Under the pieces are notes generated by a model, which was not told the origin of the DNA, made no database searches, and saw only the letters and a list, made by a program, of their open reading frames with translations. The position numbers were made by a program, and so were the translations under genes. A DNA stretch of 64,000 nt, taken from NCBI RefSeq assembly GCF_018977255.1, contig NW_024704742.1, positions 33,668,001 to 33,732,000 of the forward strand, read 5' to 3'. How positions within the stretch are numbered: the first letter of the stretch is position 1; every line of letters begins with the position of its first letter. This document shows, piece after piece, positions 1 through 11,538 of the stretch. This stretch comes from Callorhinchus milii (lineage: Eukaryota).

Positions 1-159
1 CCACGAATGGTGGTATTACACTGAAATCAGTTTGAGATGCTCCTTATTTCTGTGTCACCTACAAATATTCGTGTTGTGCCCCTACACCTCCACCTATAAA
101 ATTTTATGACGGATTTAGGACAAGTCTGAAATGGTCTTTGGATCTGTGATGCATCAAAA

Positions 160-340
160 AATAATAATTGGGTCACTCGATCGATGACTGTTTGTGGGAC
201 ACTGCTATGCACAATTCGCTGCTGCGTTTCGCCTACAAAATGCACAGTCACTACACTCCACAGTATACCCTGTGAAGGGCTTTGAAACATCTCTAAGATG
301 TGATAAGGTGCTGTATCAAATGCAAGGAGTATTATTATTA
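160..340 (+). mobile_element. Family A SINE, 3' half
   Basis: Same body and tail as the full-length copies. Confidence 0.85.
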
Positions 341-404
341 GCAGAGATGCATCAGTCACCATTATCCATTAGCGATCCATACAGTTTAGAGAAAGAAAAT
401 TCAC

Positions 405-779
405 CTTTAGTCTCCTTTTCTCGTGCTGCTTTCTTTTCCTTTTCTCGGCGGGAGCTGCCCTTGTCACTTGTTTTCCTCACTTTTGCAGACACTCCGTCTT
501 GTTTTTCAGGACTTCTCTTTCGCTTCCTCGCTCTGCTCTCTTCACAGGATTCGGTGCTTGCAGATTTATCCCTTTTCCTTGACTCCCCTTTTGACGAAAT
601 GTTCCTGTGCCCATCGGTTTCTGAGCAGTCTGAAGTGGCTCTGCTCCCTTTCCCTTTCTCCTTTTCCAAGACTTCGGTGCTTGTTTCTCTATGGGAATGT
701 TCCATTGCCTCTGCTGCAGACCGGCTGGGGTTTTCAGTCTTGCTCCGTGATTTCTTTTTCTTTTTTTTCTTCTTCTCAT
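405..779 (-). CDS. LARP7: LARP7 coding exon 6 (basic low-complexity linker)
   Basis: [14 protein letters not shown]...KETK; cag / GTGAAT; phase 1 at both ends. Confidence 0.9.
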
Positions 780-3700
780 CTGAAACGCAGATCAAAATGA
801 TACTTAAAAATAAGAACTCTGGCAAAGCAGTGATGTAATTGTTTCCTCAAATAATAAGATGGAAATAGAATGTGTCAGGCCAGGTGCAACACTTCTGCAG
901 TGTTTGAAATCACAAAATGATTTATAAGGTGGATATTAATAGACTGTTTCACCTTGTTGGTGAATCCAAACCAAGGGGGGAGGGGATATAAATAATAAAT
1001 AGCTAGTAGAAATTAAATAAATTAAATAGTCCACAAGAGTGAGCCTTGTGGCTCTTAAACTCGATCCTCTGGAGAAATGGGGAGCTAGCGAACCTGGGGA
1101 AGGTCATAGTGCGGGAGAGGACACGAGCTGCAGAATTCTGAATAATCTGCAGCTTGTGGAGGGAAGAGTTGAGAAGTCTGGTGAGCAGAGAGTTAGCATA
1201 GTCAAGCCTGGACATAATTAAAGCATGGATGAGAATTCACTTTACAGTGTGTTCTGTGAAGCGCTTTGGGACGTCCTCCTGACGTGAAAAGCGCTATATC
1301 AAATGCAAGGATTATTATTATTATTATTGGTAACCTAAGGGGAGAGGTGGTGGTGGAGGTGGACAATATTACGGAGGTGGGGGAACGCAGGACGGGTCAT
1401 GCCATGGATATGAAAGGCATTTTAAGTGCAAATTGTTGCTGTTAATGGCTCTTTAGTGACCCCTGCTGGAATAACGTATGCCATTAAATGGATTTAAATT
1501 ATAATAATAAATATAATCGTTGCATTTGATATAGCGCCTTATCTCAAAGCACTTCATAGAATATACTGTTAAGTGAATAGAGTGTATATTTTGTGGACGA
1601 AACGTGACAGCCAATTGCGCACAACAGTGTCCCACAAACAGTCGTGGATTGAGTGACCAAGTTATTAATATTTATTTATTTATTTTGAAGGGATTATTAC
1701 CCCTGGAAAAGCGATCCGCTACTCGACTAACAACCGGGTTCCTAATTCCCTCTAGGTAAACAGAGGCGTGTGATGTAAGGAAGCTTCTCCAATGTTTCGC
1801 CCTGCCTGGTAATCCAACCCAGGTCCTCTCGCTTGTGAGGTAAGAGCTCTAACCACTAAACTACAGGAGTCCAAAATACTGTAGTTAAATTCACTTTACT
1901 TAACTATTTCACTCCTCTTTTATGCCAAAACAAATGTCATAGAAGGGAAAGAGTATAAAATAATTTTAAAATAGTGAGCAACTTAAAATACAATCAAGTT
2001 ATTGGCTGCTATATCATCAGTTGGTACATACCATTAGCACTGCAATCACTGGAGCTGATTACAGTAACTGGTTTGTTCTTTACTGTCTTGGGGAAAATGC
2101 CAGGTTTCCTTGGTGCATCTTCTGGAGGATTATTCAACACCTTGGGAGACGATAATAATAGCTTGAGTTTGTGAATGACATAACCTGCAGGAATTTCCAG
2201 ACCATTCCTCAACTAACTATTGCAGAAATATAATTTTCCTTGTTCCATCTCACGCTTGCCCCACTTCGAACAAGCCGATTCATTGAATGGACTCTTCAGC
2301 GATACTCTTAGAAACAGTTCACTTCCGCAAAGGATACCGGAAATTAAATGGAGGGTGAAATGAGCAACCAAAGTGGGAGTTTCAGTAGATATCCATAAAT
2401 ATAGCAAATGGATTTCTAGGTTTTATATATCTGGAGTTTGGGATACAGAACAAGGAGACAGTGTTACATTTGTACAAGCCTTTGTTGGTTGTTGTTGGGT
2501 GTATTGGGTTCAATTTCTGAGCAGGCATTATCCCATTCCAGAAAGGAAACCGCAACCACAAAGAGCATTTTCTTCGCTAAGAACATTGAATGCTTTGCTA
2601 TAAATAGTTGTTGAAGCCAAGTCCATAAAAGTATTTAAAAGGGTATGGGATAAATAATTGAGTAAAGTAACATTGAAGGATATGGAAAAAGAATAAAGGA
2701 ATTGAATCAAGAGTAAATAGCTCAAATGGGGGAAGCTAGCACCATCTCCCCCAACTTACATGATGTGCCAAATAGGCTTCTGGTAAACATTCTATGATTC
2801 GATGGAACAAGCTGAGCGAAGGCGCAGGATAGAGGTGTGGGGTGTGAAAAGATAGGGAAATGCTAGGGCATGAAATTATTTGAAAATGAGAGTGAAGACC
2901 TTGAAATCAATCCATTTTGTAAGAGGGAGCCAGTGGAAGGCAATGGAGTCTGGCAAGGAATGGGTTGATGGGGGTGCGGAGCCTGCTACGGGCAAAAACA
3001 TGGGCGGCAGAATTTTGTATCATTCAAACCCTCTTTCTAATAATAATCCTTGCATTTGATATTGCGCTTTTCACGTCTTCTAGATGTTTCAAAGCGCTTC
3101 ACAGAATATACTGTAAAGTGAATTGACTGTATATTTGTGGACAAAACGCGGCAGCCAATTGTGCACAGCAGTGTCCCACAAACAGTTGTGGATTGAGTGA
3201 CCAAATTATTATTGTTTTTTTTTGAGGGATTATTATCCCCGGAAAAATGATCCACCAATCGACTAACAACCAGGTTCCTACTTACTGCTAGGTAGAGACG
3301 TGTGGAGTAAGGAAACTTGCCCAACATTTCACCCTGCAGGTAACAGTGGAACAGGGGAAACTGGCTAGGAGTGCAGTGGATAAAACATTTTTGGTGGGAG
3401 GTTCGAAAGTGTTGATGAGGGTTTCAGCAACAACAACTTGTATTGATAGACCACCCTTCACCCGTGTCACATCTCGGACAGCGTAACAGCAGCATGGCTT
3501 GATGTCAAACAGGAAACGGAAGTGAGATGACTGAAGGCACGGTTGAAGAGGAAAGTCTTCAGGTGTGATATGAAGATCGACAACAAGGAGGCAAGATGGA
3601 GGGATTGAGATGGATTCTAGCAATTCGGGGCATAGTGGCTGAAAGCACAGCAGCCAATTATGAAGCAGAGGGGACGAGGGACATACAGAATATTGGAGAT

Positions 3701-6700
3701 AGCTGAGTGAAGGTGGTGGGTAGAGGAGTGGGTGCTAGCAGTGTTTGATGCAAAGTAGGGTTGAAGGTGGGTGATGTGGTGGAGGTGGAGGAAAGCAGTT
3801 CTGGTCAGGGACTGGATGTGGGTTAGGAAGGACAACTGGGGAACGAACCAGACGGCAGGGTTGTGTACAGGTTTGGAGATTCTGAGAGATAGGCAAGGAT
3901 GGTTAAGGATTCCAGAAATGCAGGTGAGAAGATATTGACAGGAGAAAGGCTTCCATCTTGACCATGTTCAGTTGCAGAAAGTTGGCATTCATCCAACTTT
4001 CTGCAGCACTTGATTGCTTACTTTAGTTAAAAAAGGTCATTTAAGATTGTCTTAAAAAATTGTGCAGTTGTCCCTCCTCTTGCCCTGTAGAAGCCCTGTA
4101 CCTCCCTAAAGTAAAAGTTTTTTTTAAAAAAAACACCTCCATCAATAAATAAAATGCATCATTACTGAATTTCAAAATGATTTTTTTTTACCTCTATGGC
4201 TTTCTGTGCTTGGGTTATAGTTTCGAATTCCACAAATGCAAATCCTTTTGGATCACCAGACGTTTTGTACCGAGGGATGCTGACATAGACCACGTTCCCA
4301 CATTTACTGAATACTCGGTCTATCCAACCATGTGAGACGTTTTTGGGTAGCAACTCCTAAAATGTAAAAAATTAAACAAAAAATTAGGTTTTTAAATGTC
4401 ATTTTTTTAAAAAATATATAAGACATCTTTGCATATGCCAGTTAAATACTGCTTGTCAAATTTCATTTTTTGGCCACATAATAAATTCATCGGAAACACA
4501 CTCAAACTATTCTCGACAAACTCATTTGAAAACTAATTCCGACTTCTATTCAGTTCAACTTTAAGATAGCTATAATAGGATAATTTAAGGCAGAGGTTAC
4601 TCTGCTAGAAGAATGATGTTGTAGCTATGTTGCTTTACTCTCAGTCCAACATAAACAGGGCAGTTCCACTGGTACAAGTGTTCGCTTTTGAAAACCCTTC
4701 ATATTGCTTTCCAAACTGTTCATTTGCCAAAACCACAGCCCATTCTGAACCTGAATCACAAGTGCAATGCCTGGCCTGCGCTAGGTTAGTTGACTAAGAC
4801 AGCAGCAGGAGCTTTCTTAGTAGGCCAGGAAGGGCAAAATCATCTGTAATTACTGCTCCTCATTTCCATTCAACATTGGAAAATTCATGCACAAATATGT
4901 AGTTGTCAACCGGCCTCAGTTGGCAGCACTCTCGCCTCTAAGTCAGAAGATTTGCGGTTTAAACCCCACATCAGGATTTTGAGCTCATTGTCTTGGCTGA
5001 CACTCCAATGCAGTGCTGGGGGTGCGCAGATGGGAAAAATTGCACCATATTACAATTTGTACTATCAATCTGCTAAACATAAGCAAAACGTTAAATGGCC
5101 ATTGTTGAAGGTGTCCGGGAACCTTTGAGCAACCAGTCATCATTTCTGTTAGAAACTATGCTAACTTGTGCGAGTTGTTCCTATCAACAGATTTTTAATA
5201 CATTGATGAGGACAAAGTACTGAAAATAAGGGTAAAAAAAATTATGATCTTTCATACCACATAAACAGTGCGCTCCTCAACATCTTGCGGCCGATCTCCC
5301 AAGGCCTGACGTCTTCTTATTTTCGTTCCTTCTACATTCAACTGTAAACAACAACTTCTAAGTGTCATTTCAATCATAGAACTAGAGAATAGTACAGCAG
5401 AGACAGATCATTCAGCCCATTCATTGTGTGTCGGTGCTTTTCAAGACACAGGTCACTTAAGTCTAATGAGCACTTTCAGCAGAGGATGGGATGCGTGGGA
5501 AGAACATTACGTTGATGTATTAAGCTTTGTTTCTGCCATAAGTATGTCTACAAAATAGTCACTGCACTTCACAGTATAACCAATAAAGCACTTTGAGACA
5601 TATTCTCGATGTGAAGGACGCTATAGCAAATTTAAGTTTTATCATGATCAATAACAAATGGCATTTATATAGTGTATTTCACATCGAGAGGACATCCCAA
5701 GCGTCGGAATATGAGCAGCGATCCTTATTATGATAACACAATCCTTATTGTAATAATAAGCAACAGCACTCCTTAGGATAACTGCATCATCTTAGCTCCT
5801 TTATAACCCTGTGGCTAAAGGCAATTCCCATTGCAGCATTAATGTGGTAAAGCAATGTATCAAATGAAAGGATTATATTAACCCAGAAGTTCACAGTTTC
5901 AAATTCAAAAGTGGGCTGAGTTAGCAGTTCTCAGCAGTGGGAGTGCTAAAATTGATCTGTTGGAGAGAGGAACATTAGCGATGGTTTCTACTTCCGATCA
6001 TTATTCAGAGAACCCCCACACATACTGAAGATACATGGATGAGGGCAAGATTGGACTTGACTGAAATGTTTCCAGTGCTCAAACTACCATCAAAGCTCAT
6101 ACACAATTAATGGCAAGGTACCACAAGAAAGTACTTGTTTAATCACATCCCAGTGTAAGGAAGAAAATAAGTCAATTACCTTCAAGAAAGAAGGAAAGGA
6201 GAATATCGGAGAAGAAATGTTGGCAAGAAACAAAAAAAATTTCCAAGCATAAAAAGAGAAATGTAAATCCTTGTAAGTCGTTTTACCAAGAAAGACAGTA
6301 CCAAGGATCAATAATGTGACCTTTCAAATTGTACAAAATTACATAAAGATATCCTTTGATTAAAAATTAAGACCATAAAAAGAAATGATTCATACTCACT
6401 TCAATAACTTCTGAGTTTTTTAATGCCCTAGCCATTAATTTAACATCTGTGGTCAGTTTTTTCATTTTGTTGAATGATGTCAGCACTGAAAGGTCAATAT
6501 CTGTGGAGGGTTTTATTTAAAAACAAAGATTTATTAGACCAGGAACAATGCGGGTCCTAAACCTTCATAATGTTAAACTCTGAGAGATACGATACTACAG
6601 GGGTCTTGTAGCGTAGTGGTTAAAACGTTCGCCCCACAAGCGAGAGGACTCAGGTTCAATTCCCGGGCAGGGCAAACCATTATGCCTCTGTTTAACTAGC

Positions 6701-7125
6701 AATAAGTAGGAACCTAGTTGTTAGTCGACCGCTTTCCGGGAGTAATAATCCCTCCCCCCAAACAAAATTCAATCCACAATTGTTTGTGGGACATCGCTGT
6801 GCGCAATTGGCTGCCACGTTTCTCCCACAAAATACACAGTCAATCTACTTTATAAGCGCTTTGGGATGTCTCAACGACATGATAAAGCGATACATCAAAT
6901 ACAAGGAATATTATTATACTCACATCCATCCCTGGACTTCTGTAACTGTTCCTGAAGGAATCGGTCCTTGTGCAAGTTCACGTCACCAAACCAAAACTCA
7001 ACCTGCTTCTTTATTTCTGAAAGCACCTTGTTGACCCTTGATCTCTTCTTTTTCTCCCTTTCTTTTTTTTGTATGCTGGATTCAGTCTGGGCTGCATCAT
7101 TCGAGGCTTTATCCGTTTCCCCCAT
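405..7125 (-). CDS. LARP7: La-related protein 7 (7SK snRNP chaperone), 5' part. Coding exons 6924-7125, 6400-6500, 5258-5341, 4192-4356, 2032-2140, 405-779; the gene continues beyond position 1
   Basis: Spliced translation gives a La motif ([18 protein letters not shown]...SFNKMKKLT), RRM1 ([17 protein letters not shown]...KGFAFVEF) and a lysine-rich linker. All junctions are GT-AG and phase-compatible. Head-to-head with ZGRF1 as in human. Confidence 0.97.
1040..1400 (-). mobile_element. L2 LINE ORF2 3' fragment with nested SINE tail (1235-1328)
   Basis: [10 protein letters not shown]...[15 protein letters not shown]. Confidence 0.85.
1501..1871 (-). mobile_element. Full-length tRNA-derived SINE, family A (Deu-type body, L2-like tail)
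   Basis: Reverse complement of the GGAGTCCTGTAGCTTAGTGG head, the TGTTTGTGGGACACTGCTGTGCGCAATTGGCTGCC body and the CAAATGCAAGGA(TTA)n tail seen in many copies. Confidence 0.9.
2032..2140 (-). CDS. LARP7: LARP7 coding exon 5
   Basis: [24 protein letters not shown]; aag / GTATGT. Confidence 0.92.
2580..2800 (+). mobile_element. Degenerate CR1 3' fragment
   Basis: WN-ALP-like region followed by an ATTCTATGATTC tail. Confidence 0.55.
3039..3340 (-). mobile_element. Family A SINE, 5'-truncated, within older L2 sequence
   Basis: Body and tail match; flanked by degenerate minus-strand L2. Confidence 0.85.
3340..4000 (-). mobile_element. Degenerate L2 fragments
   Basis: L2 C-terminal-like peptides (AFLHLHHI..., AFSHYAP). 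Confidence 0.6.
4192..4356 (-). CDS. LARP7: LARP7 coding exon 4 (RRM1)
   Basis: [44 protein letters not shown]; tag / GTAAAA. Confidence 0.95.
5258..5341 (-). CDS. LARP7: LARP7 coding exon 3
   Basis: [28 protein letters not shown]; cag / GTATGA. Confidence 0.95.
6400..6500 (-). CDS. LARP7: LARP7 coding exon 2 (La motif)
   Basis: [34 protein letters not shown]; cag / GTGAGT. Confidence 0.95.
6601..6917 (+). mobile_element. Family A SINE, near full-length
   Basis: tRNA(Val/Ala)-like head with A box (TAGCGTAGTGG) and B box (GGTTCAATTCC); Deu body; tail. Confidence 0.88.
6924..7125 (-). CDS. LARP7: LARP7 first coding exon (exon starts 7147, ATG at 7125)
   Basis: MGETDK...[15 protein letters not shown]...SRDG; acceptor ttttcttctcccattag, donor GGAT|GTGAGT. 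Confidence 0.95.
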
Positions 7126-7917
7126 ATTCAGACAGCAATCCGATCAACTAATGGGAGAAGAAAACACAAATATTTGAAAGCAGCTGTTGGAAGGAGCCAA
7201 CTTTTCATATTTAGTACAATCAAAGAATTCCACAAAACTGCAATTTGCACTATTATGGCACGTTTCATGTAAGTAGAATGTCACAAAGTACTTTACAAGG
7301 TCGGAGTGGGAGCCCAATCTAAGAAAGAGATGGGGGAGGTTGTTGAAAGCAGTCAAAGGGACACATCCTTTGAGGCATTTTGAAGCAGAGAGCTTTGAAA
7401 AAGAGGATGAGGTGGAGGAATTTCATAAGAGAGTTCCAGAGGTCAGGGGAAAAGTTACTGATAGCTCGTCCACTAATGCACTTTCCCACAACTATTTTTT
7501 CTGTGCTTTTACCTGGGTGGCAGCAAACAAACCAATAATAATAATAATCCTTACATTTGATCTTAGGGAGGACATTTCGAAGTGCTTCACAGGTGATACT
7601 GTAAAGTGTAGTAAATGCAGCAGCCAATTTACGCACAACAATATTCCACAAACAGTTATGAAATAAATAACCAATTTTATTTGGGCGAGTGTTAATCAGG
7701 ACACCACAAGAAACTCCACTGTCATCATATCCATCTCAACAGGCATACAAGCCGTACCTAGATAGCAGCATCTGACACATGACCCCGTGTAGTATCTAAC
7801 ATATTCCCTGGCACAATGTCAAACACATTACCCTGTGCAGTATATAACATATTACCACCTGGTGCAGAATGTAACACATTACCTTGCGCAGTCTCTCAGA
7901 CTCCTTGTAGCTCAGAC

Positions 7918-9070
7918 TCACTGGACCCATTCCACTAATTGCCCCATCTCCAACCTCCCTCTCCAAATCCTGGAATGAGTCGTTGCTTCCCAGCTTCGCC
8001 CCTTCCTCTCCCGCCACTCCCTTCACGAACCCCTCCAATTGGGCTTCAGTGCCACCCGCAGCACAGAAACAACTTTGGCCAAAGTGACAAATGACATTTT
8101 GTCCATCTACAACCAGGACTCCCTCTGCCTTCTTGTCCGCCTTAACCTCTCTGCTGCTTTCGACATCGTTGACCACTCTGCACTCCTCCACCATCTCTCC
8201 TCTCACCTCAACCTTTTTTCCGGCTCTGTCCTTGACTGGATCAGATCCTACACATCACACCATCTCCACTTCATCTCCACAAATGGCTTCTCCTCTAGCC
8301 CTCGCACCGTCTTGTGCGGTGTTCCTCAGGACTCTGTCCTTGGGGTCCCTCCTTTTCAATATCTATATGCTCCCTCTTGGTGACATCATCCACAGACATG
8401 GGGTCAACTTCCATATGTATGCGGATGACACCCAACACTATCTCTCTGCTCCACCCTCGACTCCAGGATCAGGTCCTGGATGAGAGCTAACTTTCTTCAG
8501 TTGAACATCAATAAGACCGAGGCCCTCCTGATTGACTCCTATCAGCACCTCCACACCTAAGGTACTGACAGCATCACCATCCACAGATGCACACTCCACC
8601 TACTAAGCCAGTCCGGAATCTTAGCATCTTGTTTGACCCTCAACTATACTTTCTACCCCATATCCTTGCCATGTACCACTCTGCCTTCCCTCACCTCCGC
8701 AACATCACCTGACTCCGCCATTGTTTCACGCTGCAGGCCGCCGAGACCCTCATACACACAATCATAACATCAAGGCTCGACTCTGCAAACTCCCTACTTA
8801 TCAGCCTCCCCAACTCCTCCCTCCATAGGCCTTCTGCCACTCTGTCCCCACCCTCTGGAACTCCACCCTGCAGTCCCTCTGGTTGCCTCCCTCCCCTGAC
8901 TCCTTCAAGACCCTTTTCTTCGACTGTGCCTTTGGTCACCCTCCTTTACCCTTGCCCTCCACTCTCCCTGATCTTGACCTGCAGCTCTGGTCCAAAACCC
9001 TGATTGTCCAGTGTCTTGGGATGTCCTCCTGATGTGAAAGGCGCTATACAAGTGTAATTTTTTTGTTGTT
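7918..9070 (+). mobile_element. L2 LINE, 5'-truncated, RT domain, frameshifted
   Basis: [41 protein letters not shown]2 tail with (TTG)n. Confidence 0.92.
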
Positions 9071-9989
9071 TTCATCTCAGGAAGGACCCAGTGGGGCCTT
9101 AGCTCAACAACACCACTGACTGTCAGCCCCACATACATAAAAAATGCAGGAAACTCAATAACAACCGTTTGTGGGGCACTGCTGTGCGCAATTGGTTGCC
9201 GGGTTTCGCCCACAAAATATACAGTCAATTCACTTTGCAGTATATTGTGTGATGCGCTTTGAGACGTCTTGAAGACATGATAAGGTGTGCAAATGCAAAG
9301 ATTATTATTATTGTTATTAACACTGTTGCCAGTCACTGACTTGTGCACAGAAATACTGTACCGTAAACTTAGTAAGAGCACTGGATGTCAAGTCACTGAC
9401 ATACATAGAAACACTGTACAGTAAACTCAGCGATAACACTGGGTGTCAGCCACTGTTAACTTAATGATGACACCAGGCTGGACTCAGGGTCTCTCACAAC
9501 AACAATAGCAACTTGGGATGTCCTCCCGACGTGAAAGACGCTTTACAAATGTAATTTTGTATTGTATTGCGCTTGTACCCGAATTTGGTTTTAAAAAATA
9601 TAGTCACCCTATGTATATAAAAAGACTCCACTTACCTACGCTTTCAGCAGCACATTTCCTCTTCTTGTAATTATTTTATGTGTACAGTATATGTAAAAAA
9701 GATAATTTTGAGCTAATTTTTGAATTATTGTTTCCTACTTTATATATTTTTTGTTAAAAACTCTTACCTGCGCTATCAGCAGCACATTTCCTTTCTTGTA
9801 AGTTTTTTCAATGGGTAACTACAGCGAAGGTAAAAAACAAAACAACTTTGAGATCATTTTGAATTATTTTATGAATACCGTTATTACTTTCGCCCATAAA
9901 TCATAGTCAATTAACTTTACAGCGAAGCATCATGAAGCGCTTTGAGACGTCTCAAAGACGTGATAAAGCATCGTATCAAATGACTGGTC

Positions 9990-10996
9990 AAGCGCCTTTC
10001 ACGTCTGGAGGACGTCCCAGGGCGCTGGACAGACAGGGAGTGGGGGGCAGGGGTGGAGAAGGGTCAGGGGTGGAGAAGGGGCAGGGATGGAGGGTGGGGG
10101 GCAGGGATGGAGGGGGGGAGGAGGGATGGAGGGGGAGGGATGGAGGGGGGGAGGAGGGATGGAGGGGGAGGGATGGAGGAGGGGGAGGACGGATGGAGGG
10201 GGGGGAGGACGGATGGAGGGGGGGGAGGAGGGATGGAGGGGGGGAGGAAGGATGGAGGGGGGGGAGGAGGGATGGAGGGGGAGGATGGAGGAGGGGGAGG
10301 AGGGATGGAGGGGGGAGGAGGGGCAGGGATGGGGAGGGGGGGAGGAGGGGCAGGGATGGGGAGGGGGGGGATGGAGGGGGGGAGGAGGGGTAGGGATGGA
10401 GGGGGAGGGATGGAGGGGGGGGATGGAGGGGGGGAGGAGGGGTAGGGATGGAGGGGGAGGGATGGAGGAGGGGGAGGAGGGATGGAGGGGGAGGAGGAGG
10501 GGTAGGGATGGAGGGGGAGGGATGGAGGGGGAGGAGGAGGGATGGAGGGGGGGAGGAGGGGTAGGGATGGAGGGGGAGGGATGGAGGGGGGGGAGGAGGG
10601 GGAGGGATGGAGGGGGGAGGAGGGGGAGGGATGGAGGGGGGGAGGGGGGGGGAGGGATGGAGGGGGGGGAGGGATGGAGAGGGAGGGATGGAGGGGGAGG
10701 GATGGAGAGGGGGGGAGGAGGGGGAGGGATGGAGGAGGGGGAGGGATGGAGAGGGAGGGATGGAGGGGGAGGGATGGAGGGGGGAGGAGGGGGAGGGATG
10801 GAGGGGAGGGAGGAGGTGAGGGAGGGAGGGATGGAGGGGGGGGAGGAGGGGAGGGATGGAGGGGGAGGGATGGTGGAGGGGGGGAGAGGAGGGGGAGGGA
10901 TGGTGGAGGGGGGGAGGAGGGGGAGGGATGGAGGGATGGAGGGGAGGGATGGAGGAGGAGGGGGTGGAGTGGAGGGGGAAGGCTCGGTGGAAGAGC
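9990..10996 (-). mobile_element. L2 3' end with a massively expanded 3'UTR
   Basis: L2 tail stem-loop at 9991-10031 and ORF2-end motif at 10978-10995 bracket the G-rich tract. Confidence 0.75.
10033..10980 (+). repeat. GGAGGGATGGAGGGG-type polypurine minisatellite
   Basis: Directly visible; almost entirely G/A with periodic GGAT. Confidence 0.97.
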
Positions 10997-11029
10997 GTCA
11001 TTATCATTGTTATTGTTATTGCAGTAACA

Positions 11030-11498
11030 GTACGCGCCGCTCACGGGGCTCTCGGTGATCGGTAACGAGAGGCTCAGCGGCAGCTGCAGTCACACCGACT
11101 GGTGGTGGCGGCGGCGGCGGCGGTGTCCCTGTCTGTGTCTCACTGGGTGTCTGGTGCGCCTGCGCCGGGGCCGCCGCTTGGTTCGCTGACGCGCTTTGAT
11201 GAGGCACTGTCCCGGCGGTCGCGCTCTGATGACGCGCGGCGGCAGTGGGGCGGGGGGAGGGGCTGCAGACTGTGCAGCAGAGAGGGGACCAGAGCCACAG
11301 CGTCAAAGTCGTTTGTGTGTGTGTTATCTGTATTTATAGATTATATTATTATATATACATATATATAATTTGGTATTTGCCCCAAAGAATTCAAAATTGT
11401 TACAAAATACACAGTCACTGGGACCTGACGGTGTCACCTGTGCAGCACTTTGGGACGTCGCCGCGACACGATTGAGGCGTTGCATCACCTGCAAGAAA

Positions 11499-11538
<40 letters not shown>

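Noticed and set aside
194..838. 214-aa plus-strand ORF
   Set aside because: Antisense shadow of a LARP7 exon plus SINE sequence
9932..11065. Long Pro-rich and Gly-rich ORFs (up to 339 aa)
   Set aside because: Stop-free translations of the G-rich minisatellite, open in several frames on both strands
11197..11229. C box (TGATGA) and D box (CTGA) snoRNA-like pair
   Set aside because: Only ~33 nt, no terminal stem, and inside the CpG promoter
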